DNA of 64,000 bases from NCBI GenBank assembly GCA_965285935.1, contig OZ260665.1, positions 16,740,001-16,804,000 on the forward strand. Reading direction: 5' to 3'. Below, one piece after another: positions 22,421-34,990 of the stretch. Under the pieces are notes generated by a model. That model was not told the DNA's origin, ran no database searches, and worked only from the letters and a program-made list of their open reading frames with translations. A program made the translations under genes and the position numbers. Source of the DNA: Ophelia neglecta (lineage: Eukaryota). Positions within the stretch are counted from its first letter, which is position 1, and each line of letters begins with the position of its first letter.

Positions 22421-25400
22421 TTTTTATATCCGCTCTCATTTTGTTAAAGTTGAACCCAAAGATGTTTCAAAACAAATTATGACAGTTTGGTGTGTGTATT
22501 TCCCCACCCATAGTATCATTATTTAAACCAAGCTACGCTGTATTTGAAAATGTCATTTGAGAGAGTATGTCGCACAGGAACATGTGTGAACTATTTTATA
22601 ATTGAATGTCGCATGAAGGCTGGTTAACATGAAACTATACCAGGTTAGTTCTGAGGTGAATTCTCCTTTTACTGCTAAGAAAATGAATATTATGTTACTT
22701 TCTTGAACTATGTTGATCTTTGTTGCAAATGTGGGCTTCGGGCAATGTATATAAAATTCAATCAGTCACAATTTCCTCATCAGATTTCTTTGGTATTTTA
22801 TCTCATTCTAGGAGACATCAATACTAACGGTATTTTCGGTGCAGCGTGTTGATTTTCAAGGACTTTTTCGACGCAGCGTGTTGTTAATAACCGGTATTTT
22901 CGGTTGCTGCATCCATTTTGTTATCTATTAAGAGTGGGCATCCTTTTTGCAGCAAGCTCTCTGAGTCCGAGTCGGGTCTAATGCTTAAATCCCGTTCTCC
23001 TCTCTTAAGTAATTAGGCCATATCCTTGATCGTAAGCTCGTTTGTTACACGGACCCTTTTTATCTTAAAAGTTTCAAGGCAATATGCATCGTACGAGATA
23101 AATGTGGGAAACTTTCTTGACGGGTAATTTGAAAACACAAGCTAAAAGCAGTCTCAATATCAGTGGCAGGCAGGGTGTGGATTATCTAATCTAGAACACC
23201 TTATATATAACACAGCAGACGACCTTAGCTCCGCGTCCGGCATATTTCACCGCCGAGGTCACGAGAACGCCCAACCCTGCCGGTCGCCGCCATTTCCTCT
23301 GGCCTTTCCGGCACGTTTGGGACCAGGATACCAAGGCATGCTGGCGTGGATAAACCCAGTCGGGCCAAGGGGCACAAATAAGTCAGTACTACCTCTAATA
23401 TCGCTCATAAACAGGGCTGATTTGTGGCGAGAGTTCAGAGCGGGCGATAATATGAGTGTTTTTCCGTTGATATGAGCAGCAGCCGGGTTGCTGGGAGGTT
23501 TGTTATTAATCCGACTGGGCTAGTCGAGGCTGTAATGGGCTGTTTGATGCCCGGGAACCCCTCACCCCACTCTCGTCTCCAAGATTACAGCCGGGCTCTC
23601 ACATAATGAACACTTTATAGCGTGTTAGCTGCAAGATTTATAGGACTTGGAGCCGGCTGAGATTTGCCGACAAAGACTTTTCCGGTTGGAAGGCGATCGT
23701 GGTCGCAGACGACATTATGGCTGATAGCATTACCTCAATCTACCCCTTAACCCGTTGTCCTGGCAACCAGCACGTAAACCCTAATCAGTCAGGCGCACCG
23801 GGTAATCCCCACGTCATAGATCTCGTTACCTGCTCAAATCCCGCGTGACAACACGAGAGTTGGAGCTAAAGACTTTATGCGAGATGTGCCCTGCTGGGCA
23901 CCTCGACAGGGCGGTGATTGGAGCCGCCTGGTTTCTTGCCTTCGAGGCTTTCAGAAACACAGAATACCATTGATCGAGTCACATACCCCCGCATTACATC
24001 CGGGCCTCTCTGACCGCCATGACGTCAGAACCTTTCTCCAATGCGTGCGAGTTAAGATTACCGGCCTGCCATCTCGACTAGCGAAGAGGGGTCAGATGAA
24101 GGTCAGCGCAATTTCACCACTTCTAAAATATTTTTACGGTTGGCCAAAGTTCCCTGAAGAGATAATCTCCCCAGTCGAGCTGCTCTTTTTGATAACAATC
24201 CCCAATCTCGGCTTCGTCTGGTGATGAGCTGAACTTCAAAGAAGTTCTGACCCAAGTTCTGACTTCATTACATTTAATAAACCTCGTGATCGGAAATTGC
24301 AGACGGCCGATAAAAAGAGTTCAAAGGAAAAGCAATGCGGTTGTGTGGTTGCCTGGTTCTTCAATGAACACGCTGTGCTAATCGCCTCCCTAAGACATCG
24401 CCTGCCGGTGACACCCTAATGAATTAAATAATGGGATTCGCTGTAACCGGGGTATAAGATTATTTGGTCCCCGGGATGTTGATTCCAAACCCAAGGGTAA
24501 TAACACCTTGGGGACGAAACCTACCAATATCTGAGAACCGGCGGACGTTATAAACCAGGATTTCGAGACCGGATCTCTATAGGCTATACACTAGAATTTC
24601 TAGACCGGCGGACTGAAAATAATAGTATTACAAGACGGGCGGACTCACGGGTTTTGGTTTAAGTTAGTTAATATAGTCCGGGGAACATTGCGCCATGTGA
24701 ATCGCAAAAAAATTAAACCGACATCGAATTCACCCCTTAACTCTGCTATTTTCTTATTATTTTTTAAATAACAGTTTGTTGGCTTTATATCTGCCAAGCT
24801 GCGACTATTATTGCAATGAAATTAAAGCTTTCTCGTATAGTTTTCAACGAATTAAACTGTGTTATTATATTATTAATAGGTTTCTATACATTCATGATTT
24901 ACGCAATGACCATGGCAGCTCGTGACATTTATACACTAACGGAATTTTAATTTTTGTTGGTAATGTTGCCATAGTTTGACATGGGCCTAAAACGACCTCT
25001 TTATTCACCTAATAAAATGTATCCGCCTTAGTAATATGTCCCCTCATTTACTGTATAGTACGGGACTGTTGTTTTTAAAAAATACTTAAGAATTAACAAA
25101 TGAAAAAAATAAAAAAATTCTATTGCTACGTTGTGGTGAAAAGTAAAATCCTTGGTAAAGATTATTCCTTTAATCGTATGTGGCTTTCAGGTGTCCACCG
25201 AATACTGGGATGCCAATTACCGTAATACAAATCCCCGTTAAGCTTGTGATAAATGTTTAATTATAATATCAGGGCTGAAACTGCATAAAATATTTCAGCG
25301 GTAAATTTGGCTAGCGGTTATTCCAATGAGAGTGTGTTTATATGTTTCCCAGTCTGACTACTGCTTCACGTGTGCTTTAAATAATAAAATAGGGAAATAA

Positions 25401-28400
25401 AATGTTAACAACAGTTTTGAAAGAATCCCATCGCGGGGGTTATGAGGTTGTTAATTCCATTCCCTGGTTTGATGGTCTTATTTCTCGGTGCCGCTGTAAG
25501 TACACTCGCGATGATTTCAGGAATATTTAGCCTTAAAAATAAAGTACTCATTTATCACAAGGCTAAGACGGTAAGAACATTTTGGACACTTGTAATTTCG
25601 TCCACGAAATTGACAGCGATGGGGTCAGAAGACGAGAGACCCCAAGCGATGAGTTGCCTACTGGGTTTCATGGATTTTTTGCCAAATTCCCCCATCCAAC
25701 TGAACTCGGGGATTGGGGACGCTCAGAGTTGTCGTAAACACGGTTTTAAGACAATGATTAACGTGTTTTACCCAAACCCTTATCCCGCCTCTCGCACCAC
25801 TGGGCTTCCGGGGATTAAAGAATTTGATTTAAATTTGGAAATGTCGGAGGGCAGCATTAATCTCGTGGAGGTCTGGGCGGACGCTTCTTGGCTGATAATT
25901 CACGGGTTATTGTGACGCCGCGGTGAGCGATAATACAGAATTAGGAGCGGTATATTACCCCTTTACTGAGAATGGATATTAGTGCCCTTGCCCCCAAGTC
26001 CCCACCCCAGCGTCTATAGTTATTACCCCTTCGCGTCCCTCGTTCTTATCGCCAGCGTCCGCCCGGCCTGTATACTATAAATCACAGCACCCCGCGTCTC
26101 TGTGATCGAGGTCACGTGGAGGGCACGTGATCGGGATAATGGATGAGAACGGCGCGTGGTAAGGGGCGGCCATGTTAATTGCGTCTCATTGATTCCCAGC
26201 CTGGGCTGATTGAGAAGTAAGATGTAGGAACCTGGCGGGCACAGTGGCCGCCAACACGCCACCCACATGCAAATTCACATCCCTCTCTCCTTAAACCCTC
26301 GCTGGTCGAGGCTCAGCACGCCCGGGCTGTAATCCCGCCCGGGATTAAGCTTGGCCAGCGAACCCCCGACCACCGACAATTTGTCAGGGAACTAGCGAGA
26401 ATTTGTCAGAAAACCATTTCACTTTCAAATCTCTCGGACGACAAGTCGAACGAGACAAATGTGTGGGTTAATCACAAGGTCCCGTGATCTATATGAGGAT
26501 AAGAATGGGTAGTAGTGAGTCGGCCGGGTATCAGCCCGCTCAGTAAGTAGGGCCCGACAACCCACTCTCTCGCTATATGCCTAAGCCTCGCTAGGTAATC
26601 TCGTCCTAAACCTCGACAGGTAATCTCGTTTAGCGAGAACTTGGGATTATCGTTAATCTGGGCGGTCGAGGCTCGGCGGCTTGTCGGCCTGAGAGTGATC
26701 CTGTCGGGGTAACACCTCAGTGCGTCCTAAGAAAGCACGGCGGAATAAAAAGCACAGATATCTGGGAAATAAACACAATTTTTGCCAATCGCAACTCCCC
26801 CACCCCCACCCCGGCCCCTCCGACCCCTTTGCTATCAATTATCAAACAGCAAGACGCAAGACAGGGGACTTGCCGAATACCCCCCCCCCCACCCCCTCGG
26901 TCTAATTAAAGCCACCCCGCGAATATCACTCAGAGATACAAATCGCTTTGTCATTAAGGACAGAGATGACTCGATTGGGGTAAAGTCAATTTTCGTTTAT
27001 GTTAATAAGGTCATAGTTTGGAATCTTTATGTGTCAACCCGAGCAAAACTTCATCATGTTAGCTGCAATATTTGGTACAATAAAACTAATTGGGTCAGAT
27101 ATTATAGTTTTTCGTTCCCATCTTCTACTATCACGGGGCGCACTTAATATGATAAAATAAAGCCTAATATTTACATTTCTAATTAGACTAAATTAGAAAT
27201 AAGTATTGTTTAAATATTGAACTATAATGAAGAGAACTCATTTTAATTGTCAGTGTGGGCGATCGTCGGTGTTTTTTTGTTTTTGTTTTTTCACAGCAAG
27301 CAGAAGTTTCCTGGGCAACAGACTGCCAAGACTTTTTTTTTCACTTCCCTATTTAAATTGTAAATTGTTATAAATTAGAATAATACAGCAACAGTGGAAA
27401 AGTAAAACAGAAACCATGGAAAACTGTGTTGCAGGAGACTTGAAGAAATATCGACAGCTTCAAATAGTTTTATAGAGTCTGTCGTATGAATCGGACGGGT
27501 TAAGGGAGATGTGAAATGTAGGAACTGCATGTGTTAACAGAAGAGACAAATATTTGTACTCATCACACAACATACAGCAATGGACGGAAGAGTAATACAT
27601 TTTAATTCGATAATGAATGATCAGATTGTAATCGCAAAATTTATAATACAATTAAAATTTCGTTTCTGCACTGTTCCCGCGTGGCCGAGTGGTATTTTCG
27701 AATTCAGACCAAGAATTCTGGGAAATTCTAGGAAAATTGCCTTCCGGGATATTTAGAATATTATCGAAATTAGACATATTATCCCGGGAAAACGACCGTT
27801 TACTGAAAAAGTGCGATCGGAAGATGTCAACCACAAAGGCACTGTTTTATTAATTCTTTGAAAATAGGTAGAAAATGCTCTAATGTTGATTTAATTCACT
27901 GCAGAAACAAACGACCTTGTATTTGGAATCAGTGTTTTCCTAGTCTCGGCTGCAGCAAGTTGGCTTGGCTCCAAGTCACGTCAGGGTATCTCTGTCACCA
28001 AATATATTCAATATATGCTTAATATTTACAAAAATATCAGGAGCAATACTGTATTTGAATAATCAATGCTTCCCGTGGTAAATCTATTTTTCTTACTCTA
28101 TAGGCTTGTATAAAACTAAGGTTATGAAAGTCTTTGTTCTTTGAGCAGACTGAAAGGCTGGCAAATATGTATGACAGGGTGATGTTGACCGAGGCAATTG
28201 TGGATTTTATTTTTTTTGAATATTTTTCGTAATTTCCCTGGTCTGTAGCTTTTATTGCCATGTTTTTTTCCCGTTTCTGTGCTCTCAGTCTCTCGGCGGC
28301 TGTCCGGGCGGCGGCTCGAGGTGAGAGCCTATACCGTCACCACCGAGAAGCCTCGAGACTTTACTCTAGCCATATCACTGACAGTTACAAACATTCGAGC

Positions 28401-31088
28401 TAGCCCAATTTTAGCAGATTCGCTGTGATTTTAGGAGCTCATCCGTCAAAAATAATGAAAAAGATGTCAGTTAGGCGACCCGTGAGATGGCGGGAGTTGG
28501 TTGTAGCGGGCTTGGGCCGAGCCACAAAATGGAGGTTGTAGCTTTATGTGGCAGGCCGAGGTGGAAAGCGAGCTCCCGGGCTCAGCCGGGACGAGAGGCC
28601 GCCAATGACGAATCTCAGAGCCCCGTCGGGTAATGAAACTTACAATGAATGCCCGGCTATACGGGGACGGGAAATGAAGTTTGCCGCCTGGGTTGGCACC
28701 CCGACCCCTGGGGTATGGGGTGGCGGCAGGGGAGATATTACCCGGGCAAATGGCTTTGGTTTGCCAATCGGGCCTGTCACGGATGTTTTATGACTCCTCG
28801 GCCCGGCTCGCTTTGGTAAACTCTAATAAACCGACTCTCCCGACCCGGCAGCCACATTAACTACACACTCCAATCTCGGCCGACAACCCGAAAGAATTAA
28901 ATCCATCACAAGTGTCGTAATTCAGACTCGGGTGGCTTTCCGATGTCATCCACGTGCGGCTCGAGCCCATTTACGGCAGGAACGCTAGTGGAAAAGACGC
29001 CCGGAATTCGGGGAAGGTCACCGGAAGGTTATCAGGACGGAAGAAGAGACGCGCTGAATGGATTCGTCTCAAATCACCCCTATGCCTATAAAAAGATACC
29101 GACAGCCTCTTTGTCGGTCTCAACATAAACTGCGACTCTGTGAATAATTGCATAAAACGAGTCAATTTATGAAATTAATGATTAATCTTAGCAACGATAT
29201 TGAACTGAGTTAGATGAAATTGTGAAGGGAGGTTAGGTCTAAGTTATAAAATGGCCGCCAACTATGTCACTTCGAATTGCGATCGAAATACCTTTACCTT
29301 GACTAAACCAAACAGACGTCTGCGAATGGACACACGAAATTCCCCAACACAGCCGAACAATTTAACAACAAAATCACTACAATCACTGTCAACCATGCAT
29401 GGGCGAATATCCAAAGATATGCTGAAAAATCCATAAATAAATATCCCTAGATTTAAGAATCATGGAAATTAACAACAACGTTGCCAAAAGAGATGTAGTG
29501 TCGTCTGCTTCATGGTGTTGTAGACGTAATACATTAGATACAGCGAATGAAATGTCGACTATCTTGTTAACGACTAGCAATTGGTAATAGACAAATAATA
29601 GTAAGTTATGTCTGTAATTTATTCGCCGAGAACCATCTTCACAAACAAACCCGGTTCTAATTGAATTCCGTCTTTTGAGGTAGACAATAGTGGCTGGTTG
29701 CGGTGGGTGGCGGGGACAGGGGTAGGTGAACTGTGACTGGTGTGTATTGTCAGGTGGGAGCTCACATACACACACACCGCCCTGTCGACTTAGTGAACCC
29801 CGCCGACCCCCGTGGAGGGGGGAGCAGGGTGAGGCAGCCCCATTGAAAGCAGCTCATCAACATGCAGTATCACGCCCCTCGTATAAATATCTGTGATTGT
29901 TAGACAATAACTGGTTGATTGCGCTGTTAACCTGGGTGTTTGGCTGTGTCAGCGGCTGGGGTGTTGAGCGGAGGACTGAGGGCAGTTGGACACGGGGTTG
30001 TAGGGCCCCGGGGCCGAGGTGCGGTAGACCCCGGCAGGGGACATGCCGGGGGGTGCGGGCCGTGATTGGGGCCACCCCAGCCCGGTGGGAGGGGGCCGTG
30101 GGAAGGCCCGGGTACATCGCTCCCCAATCACCCACCAATACATACCCTGTCACCCCGAACCGCGGCCAAACAACACCACCAAACTATATGTAAATTACCT
30201 GACCCCGAAGTGACTTCAGACAAATGAACACACAGTACTAGTTTTCCCACTGGTATCTCGTATCTGTGATATCAATGCTCCGTTTGTAACGACATTTTAA
30301 ATGTCAACAGAAATTGAAAGAAGAGGGCACATTGCGTAAACCGACGATGACAGGTTGTGTCCGTGCGCCACATCGTACGCTTTACCTCTCACCCTATCTT
30401 CTCCTTTTATCGCATAAAAAAAATCTGCATCTCCTATGGCAATCTTGTACCTGGCTTGGTCGGACTTTAATATTTTTTTTCAGTATTTGGCAATAGGATT
30501 ATAGACGTTTTATTTTTTAGTTTTGCTTATTCTTCAGGATAATAGAAGATTTTTAAAGGATATTTTGATTGTACAGCAAAAGCAGGTACGATAGCATACA
30601 CTTTTTCGTTTATTGAGCTTGCGTATTTCGACTTAATAGTAAAACCTTCAGCCATTTTAATAAGCAGCCACCAGACACTTCAGACTTATTTAAATATGGT
30701 TGTTTTTTGGTCTTGCTGGGAATGAATCAATATTTGAATAATTTACGATGCTTAAACAAACACCACGTGAGTCTATCAGCTGGTAGTTTAATACACCATC
30801 TGTGAGTTATAATCTTTTCTAACCTATAGCGACATCTATACGAGCTCACATATTGTTATTTTGTGTGCTTACATCATCAAATTAACTAAAAATATTTATT
30901 GGGAGTTTTTATTTTATTCTATATGCTCTCCGGAAGCGATAGTATGTTATTGTAGGAGCCATTGCCCTGATCCCGTCAACCCGACAGACTCGGGCGATTA
31001 AGTTCAATTTTCACCATATAGGCCTATACCAGGCGCTGTGCTGTGCCTAATCCCACATTACCTGCCCTCATTTATCCCCGAGTTTATT

Positions 31089-31347
31089 NNNNNNNNNNNN
31101 NNNNNNNNNNNNNNNNNNNNNNNNNNNNNNNNNNNNNNNNNNNNNNNNNNNNNNNNNNNNNNNNNNNNNNNNNNNNNNNNNNNNNNNNNNNNNNNNNNNN
31201 NNNNNNNNNNNNNNNNNNNNNNNNNNNNNNNNNNNNNNNNNNNNNNNNNNNNNNNNNNNNNNNNNNNNNNNNNNNNNNNNNNNNNNNNNNNNNNNNNNNN
31301 NNNNNNNNNNNNNNNNNNNNNNNNNNNNNNNNNNNNNNNNNNNNNNN
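31089..31347. other. Assembly gap (259 N)
   Basis: Run of N. Confidence 1.
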
Positions 31348-32195
31348 TCAACCCTCTCCCCCTGCTGTGGCAGTCCCTGCCCCTCCAGCCTCCCACTGCC
31401 GGGGTTAAGTGGCAGTTTCCCCTGCATCTTGGGCGGTTAAATGGTGTTACCCCCGGGGGTAACCGCAGTCCACACCCCCTGCCGGTTGAGTAAATGGGGC
31501 TTACCACACCATCCGGGCGTCTCCGTGTTCACGGAGCTCTCTGCGGTTTCCGAGCCTGGAGCAGTCTGCCACAGGTTTAAACGGGGCTTCGTGGCGCAAT
31601 TCTCTTGTGGTTTTACACAATCTGTCCGCATAAAACTATCACACAATATTCCGAATTGTTCTTATTATTTGAAAGTGTTGATAACATGGTAGAAACATGG
31701 GGATAAAGTTGAGTTTCAAATTGCGATGGGATATTTTACGGGGCGCGTGCGCTCTCTGTCTACAGGTGTAACCTGTGGTATTTATGTCTGAGATGCAGAC
31801 TCCAATATCTGTATATAAGATACTCGTCGTGAATTAATAAATATTAATAAATATTTAAGTCAAAATCGGACATTAAATTTGTTTAAATGAATTGAATTTA
31901 GACATGGCCTAATCAGTACAAATCCATATATCTAATAGCAGCTCAAAATTTTAAAAGAGCATAATTTAATTATAGCAATATTTTATACCTTAACACGATA
32001 AAAAAAGAAGTGTACAATATTTATGGTGCTATTCGTTCGCTGTACAGTTAAATTAAAACAGCTGGATGCTGTTAAAAAAGTGTTTGTTTTCAAGTATTTT
32101 TATAATCGATAATTTGATGTTCAATAAAATTCACGTCACTGTTTTTCCCAACCTGGCGTACCTGTACTTCATCCGACAGAAGACACCTTGTGGTA

Positions 32196-32355
32196 CGGTG
32201 AAACCTGTGAATTAAGACCATCCTAGGGACTGGAGAATACTGGTCTGATTTCGGAGGTGGTCTTTTTAGACAGGTTACAGTATGGTCATCATATTGGTGG
32301 TCTGAATTTACAGGTGGTCTTATTGTAGAGGTGATCTTTAAAGCAGGTTTCACTG
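32196..32355 (+). mobile_element. MITE family 1, short internal deletion
   Basis: TA-CGGTGAAACCTG...CAGGTTTCACTG-TA. Confidence 0.9.
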
Positions 32356-32548
32356 TATATACATGACAGCCAATGGTGTAAACTCTGACAAGTCAAGAGT
32401 GTTTGTCTCTTTGCAATGCTGGATTAGTGAAAGACTTCTTTAGAAACCCCAAAGAACCCGAGTGGATTTGACCTGTGTTTGCCGGTAAAGTCGGATAAGT
32501 TTGCTTAATTCCGCGCACTAAGTAGCTTTATTTCGCGCAGACAAAATG

Positions 32549-33573
32549 GCCTGCCTTCTCCGGCCTCCTTGTACCTGCCTTGTCCGTCTTCCTTGTACCT
32601 GACTTGTCCGGCCTCCTTGTACCTGCCTTGTCCGTCCTCCTTGTACCTGCCTTCTCCGGCCTCCTTGTACCTGCATTGTCCGGCCTCCTTGTACCTGCCA
32701 TGTCCGTCCTCCGTGTACCTGCCTTGTCCGGCCTCCTTGTACCTGCCTTGTCCGTCCTCCTTGTACCTGCATTGTCCGTCCTCCGTGTACCTGTCTTGTC
32801 CGTTCTCCTTGTACCTGCCTTGTCCGTCCTCCTTGTACCTGCCTTGTCCGTCCTCCTTGTACCTGTCTTGTCCGTCCTCCGTGTGCCTGCCTTGTCCGTC
32901 CTCCGTGTACCTGCCTTGTCCGGCCTCCTTGTACCTGCCTTGTCCGTCCTCCGTGTACCTGCCTTGTCCGGCCTCCGTGTACCTGCCATGTCCGGCCTCC
33001 TTGTACCTGCCTTGTCCGTCCTCCTTGTACCTGCCTTGTCCGGCCTCCTTGTACCTGTCTTGTACCTGCCTTCTTCGGCCTCCTTGTACCTATCTTGTCC
33101 GGCCTCCTTGTACCTGCCTTATCCGTCCTCCTTGTATCTGCCTTGTCCGGCCTCGTGTACCTGCCTTGTCCGTCCTCCTTGTACCTGCCTTGTCCGGCCT
33201 CGTGTACCTGCCTTGTCCGGCCTCCTTGTACCTGCCTTGTCCGTCCTCCTTGTACCTGCCTTGTCCGGCCTCCTTGTACCTGTCTTGTACCTGCCTTCTC
33301 CGGCCTCCTTGTACCTATCTTGTCCGGCCTCCTTGTACCTGCCTTGTCCGTCCTCCTTGTATCTGCCTTGTCCGGCCTCCTAGTAATTTGCTTGTTCCGG
33401 CCTCCTTGTACCTGCCTTGTACCTGTCTTGTACCTGCCTTGTCCGGCCTCCGTGTACCTGTCTTGTCCGGCCTCCTTGTACCTGCCTTGTCCGGCCTCCT
33501 TGTAACTGCCTTATCCGGCCTCCTTGAACCTGCTTTGTCCGGCCTCCTTGTACCTGCCTTGTCCGGCCTCCTT
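32549..33573. repeat. 24 bp minisatellite (TGTACCTGCCTTGTCCGKCCTCCK), about 40 units
   Basis: Direct tandem units; source of the spurious VPALSGLL-repeat ORFs. Confidence 0.97.
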
Positions 33574-33915
33574 GTAATTTGCTTGTTCCGGCCCTGCAGT
33601 ATTTTTCCGGCCCCTGACACTGCTTTGATCCGTTCCGGCGGCCGAAATCGCCCGACAAACATCTCTCTGTCACTCTCCGGCCCATGTCGTTTTTCCGCGT
33701 CTCAACTCCCGATTGTCGTCTGCTTTATTCAGCAAATGTCCGCGGTAACTTGCTTGTTCCGGCCCTCCAGTCTTTTTCCCGTCCCTGACACTGCATTGTT
33801 TCGTTCCAGAGGTCGGAGTCGCCCGACATATATCTCTCTGTCACTCTCCGGCCGGCCCCATGTCGTTTTCCCGCGTCTCAACCCCCGATTGTCGTCTGCT
33901 TTATTCAGCAGAAGT
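33574..33915. repeat. 171 bp tandem duplication abutting the 24 bp array
   Basis: GTAA(T/C)TTGCTTGTTCCGGCCCT...GATTGTCGTCTGCTTTATTCAGCA starting at 33574 and 33745. Confidence 0.92.
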
Positions 33916-34398
33916 CGCATAAAGTCACAAAGAATAAGAAAGCTGTCAAACTAATTACCTGACGAAAGGAGGCCTCCGATGACAATTCGCTTGTCACCGG
34001 AATGACATAGTGCAGACTCGACTCGATTACGAATAGGAGTCGAGGGAGACGTCCTAATGACGCCACCTCGTGGTGGTAAACACCCATCAGACGCTGCTCA
34101 ACTCCATATCTAAAGATGAACCTAGGTCAGCAAGGGTCACACTTACCATAACGAAAATGACGTGCTGGTTTGTGTTTGAATGAGGTGTTGAGAATACAGG
34201 CCTCGTATAATACAAGGCTCATTACCTAGGTTTTCTGATATGGCTTGAAACCAGGTGGGATTCGACATACAAGAGGGGGATACGGAAGATAAAGGTGGGG
34301 ATGGGGGTCTGCGACCTTACTACCCCAAACCCCAGTCTAGGGAGGGGGGAGGGACAGCTATCTCACTGGCACCCCGGGAGGCTCTCTGGGGTACTTTA

Positions 34399-34990
34399 AC
34401 ATCACCCGACATCACGTGACATTACCAGACATCACACAACATTACTTGGACTTACTCGACATGACCCTAAATCACTCGACATTACTTGACCTTACTCGAC
34501 ATTACACTACATCACGCGACATTACTCGACATCACGCGACATTACTTGACCTAACTCGTCATCACACTACATCACGCGACATTACTTGACCTTACTCGAC
34601 ATCACCCTACATCACGCAACATTACTTGACCTTACTCGAAATCACACTACATCACGCGACATTACTTGACCTAACTCGTCATCACACTACATCACGCGAC
34701 ATTACTTGACCTAACTCGTCATCACACAACATCACGCGTCATTACTTGACCTAACTCGTCATCACACTTCATCACGCAACATTACTTGACCTTACTCGAT
34801 ATCACCTTACATCACGCGACATTACTCGACATCACACTACATCACGCGACATCATTTGACCTAACTCAACATCACACTACATCACGCGACATCATTTGAC
34901 CTAACTCGACATCACAATACATCACGCGACAATACATGGTCTTACTCAACATCACATCACATCACGCGACATCACGCGACATCACCCGAC
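34399..34990. repeat. 10 bp minisatellite with a 40 bp higher-order unit (ATCACACTAC-ATCACGCGAC-ATTACTTGAC-CTAACTCGTC)
   Basis: About 59 decamers in unbroken register. Confidence 0.96.

Noticed and set aside
24534-24646. CRISPR-like repeat-spacer appearance
   Set aside because: Repeats are short and degenerate, there are no cas genes, and the context is eukaryotic
25442-25915. 157 aa ATG-started ORF with a hydrophobic N-terminus
   Set aside because: No recognisable domain or codon bias; length is within chance expectation for 64 kb
29897-30193. LDNNWLIA resembles TALE homeodomain helix 3 (VNNWFIN)
   Set aside because: WF and N51 residues are absent and there is no other homeodomain sequence
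32518-33954. 461 aa and 267 aa ORFs
   Set aside because: The 24 bp repeat is open in many frames on both strands; no domain or credible gene structure
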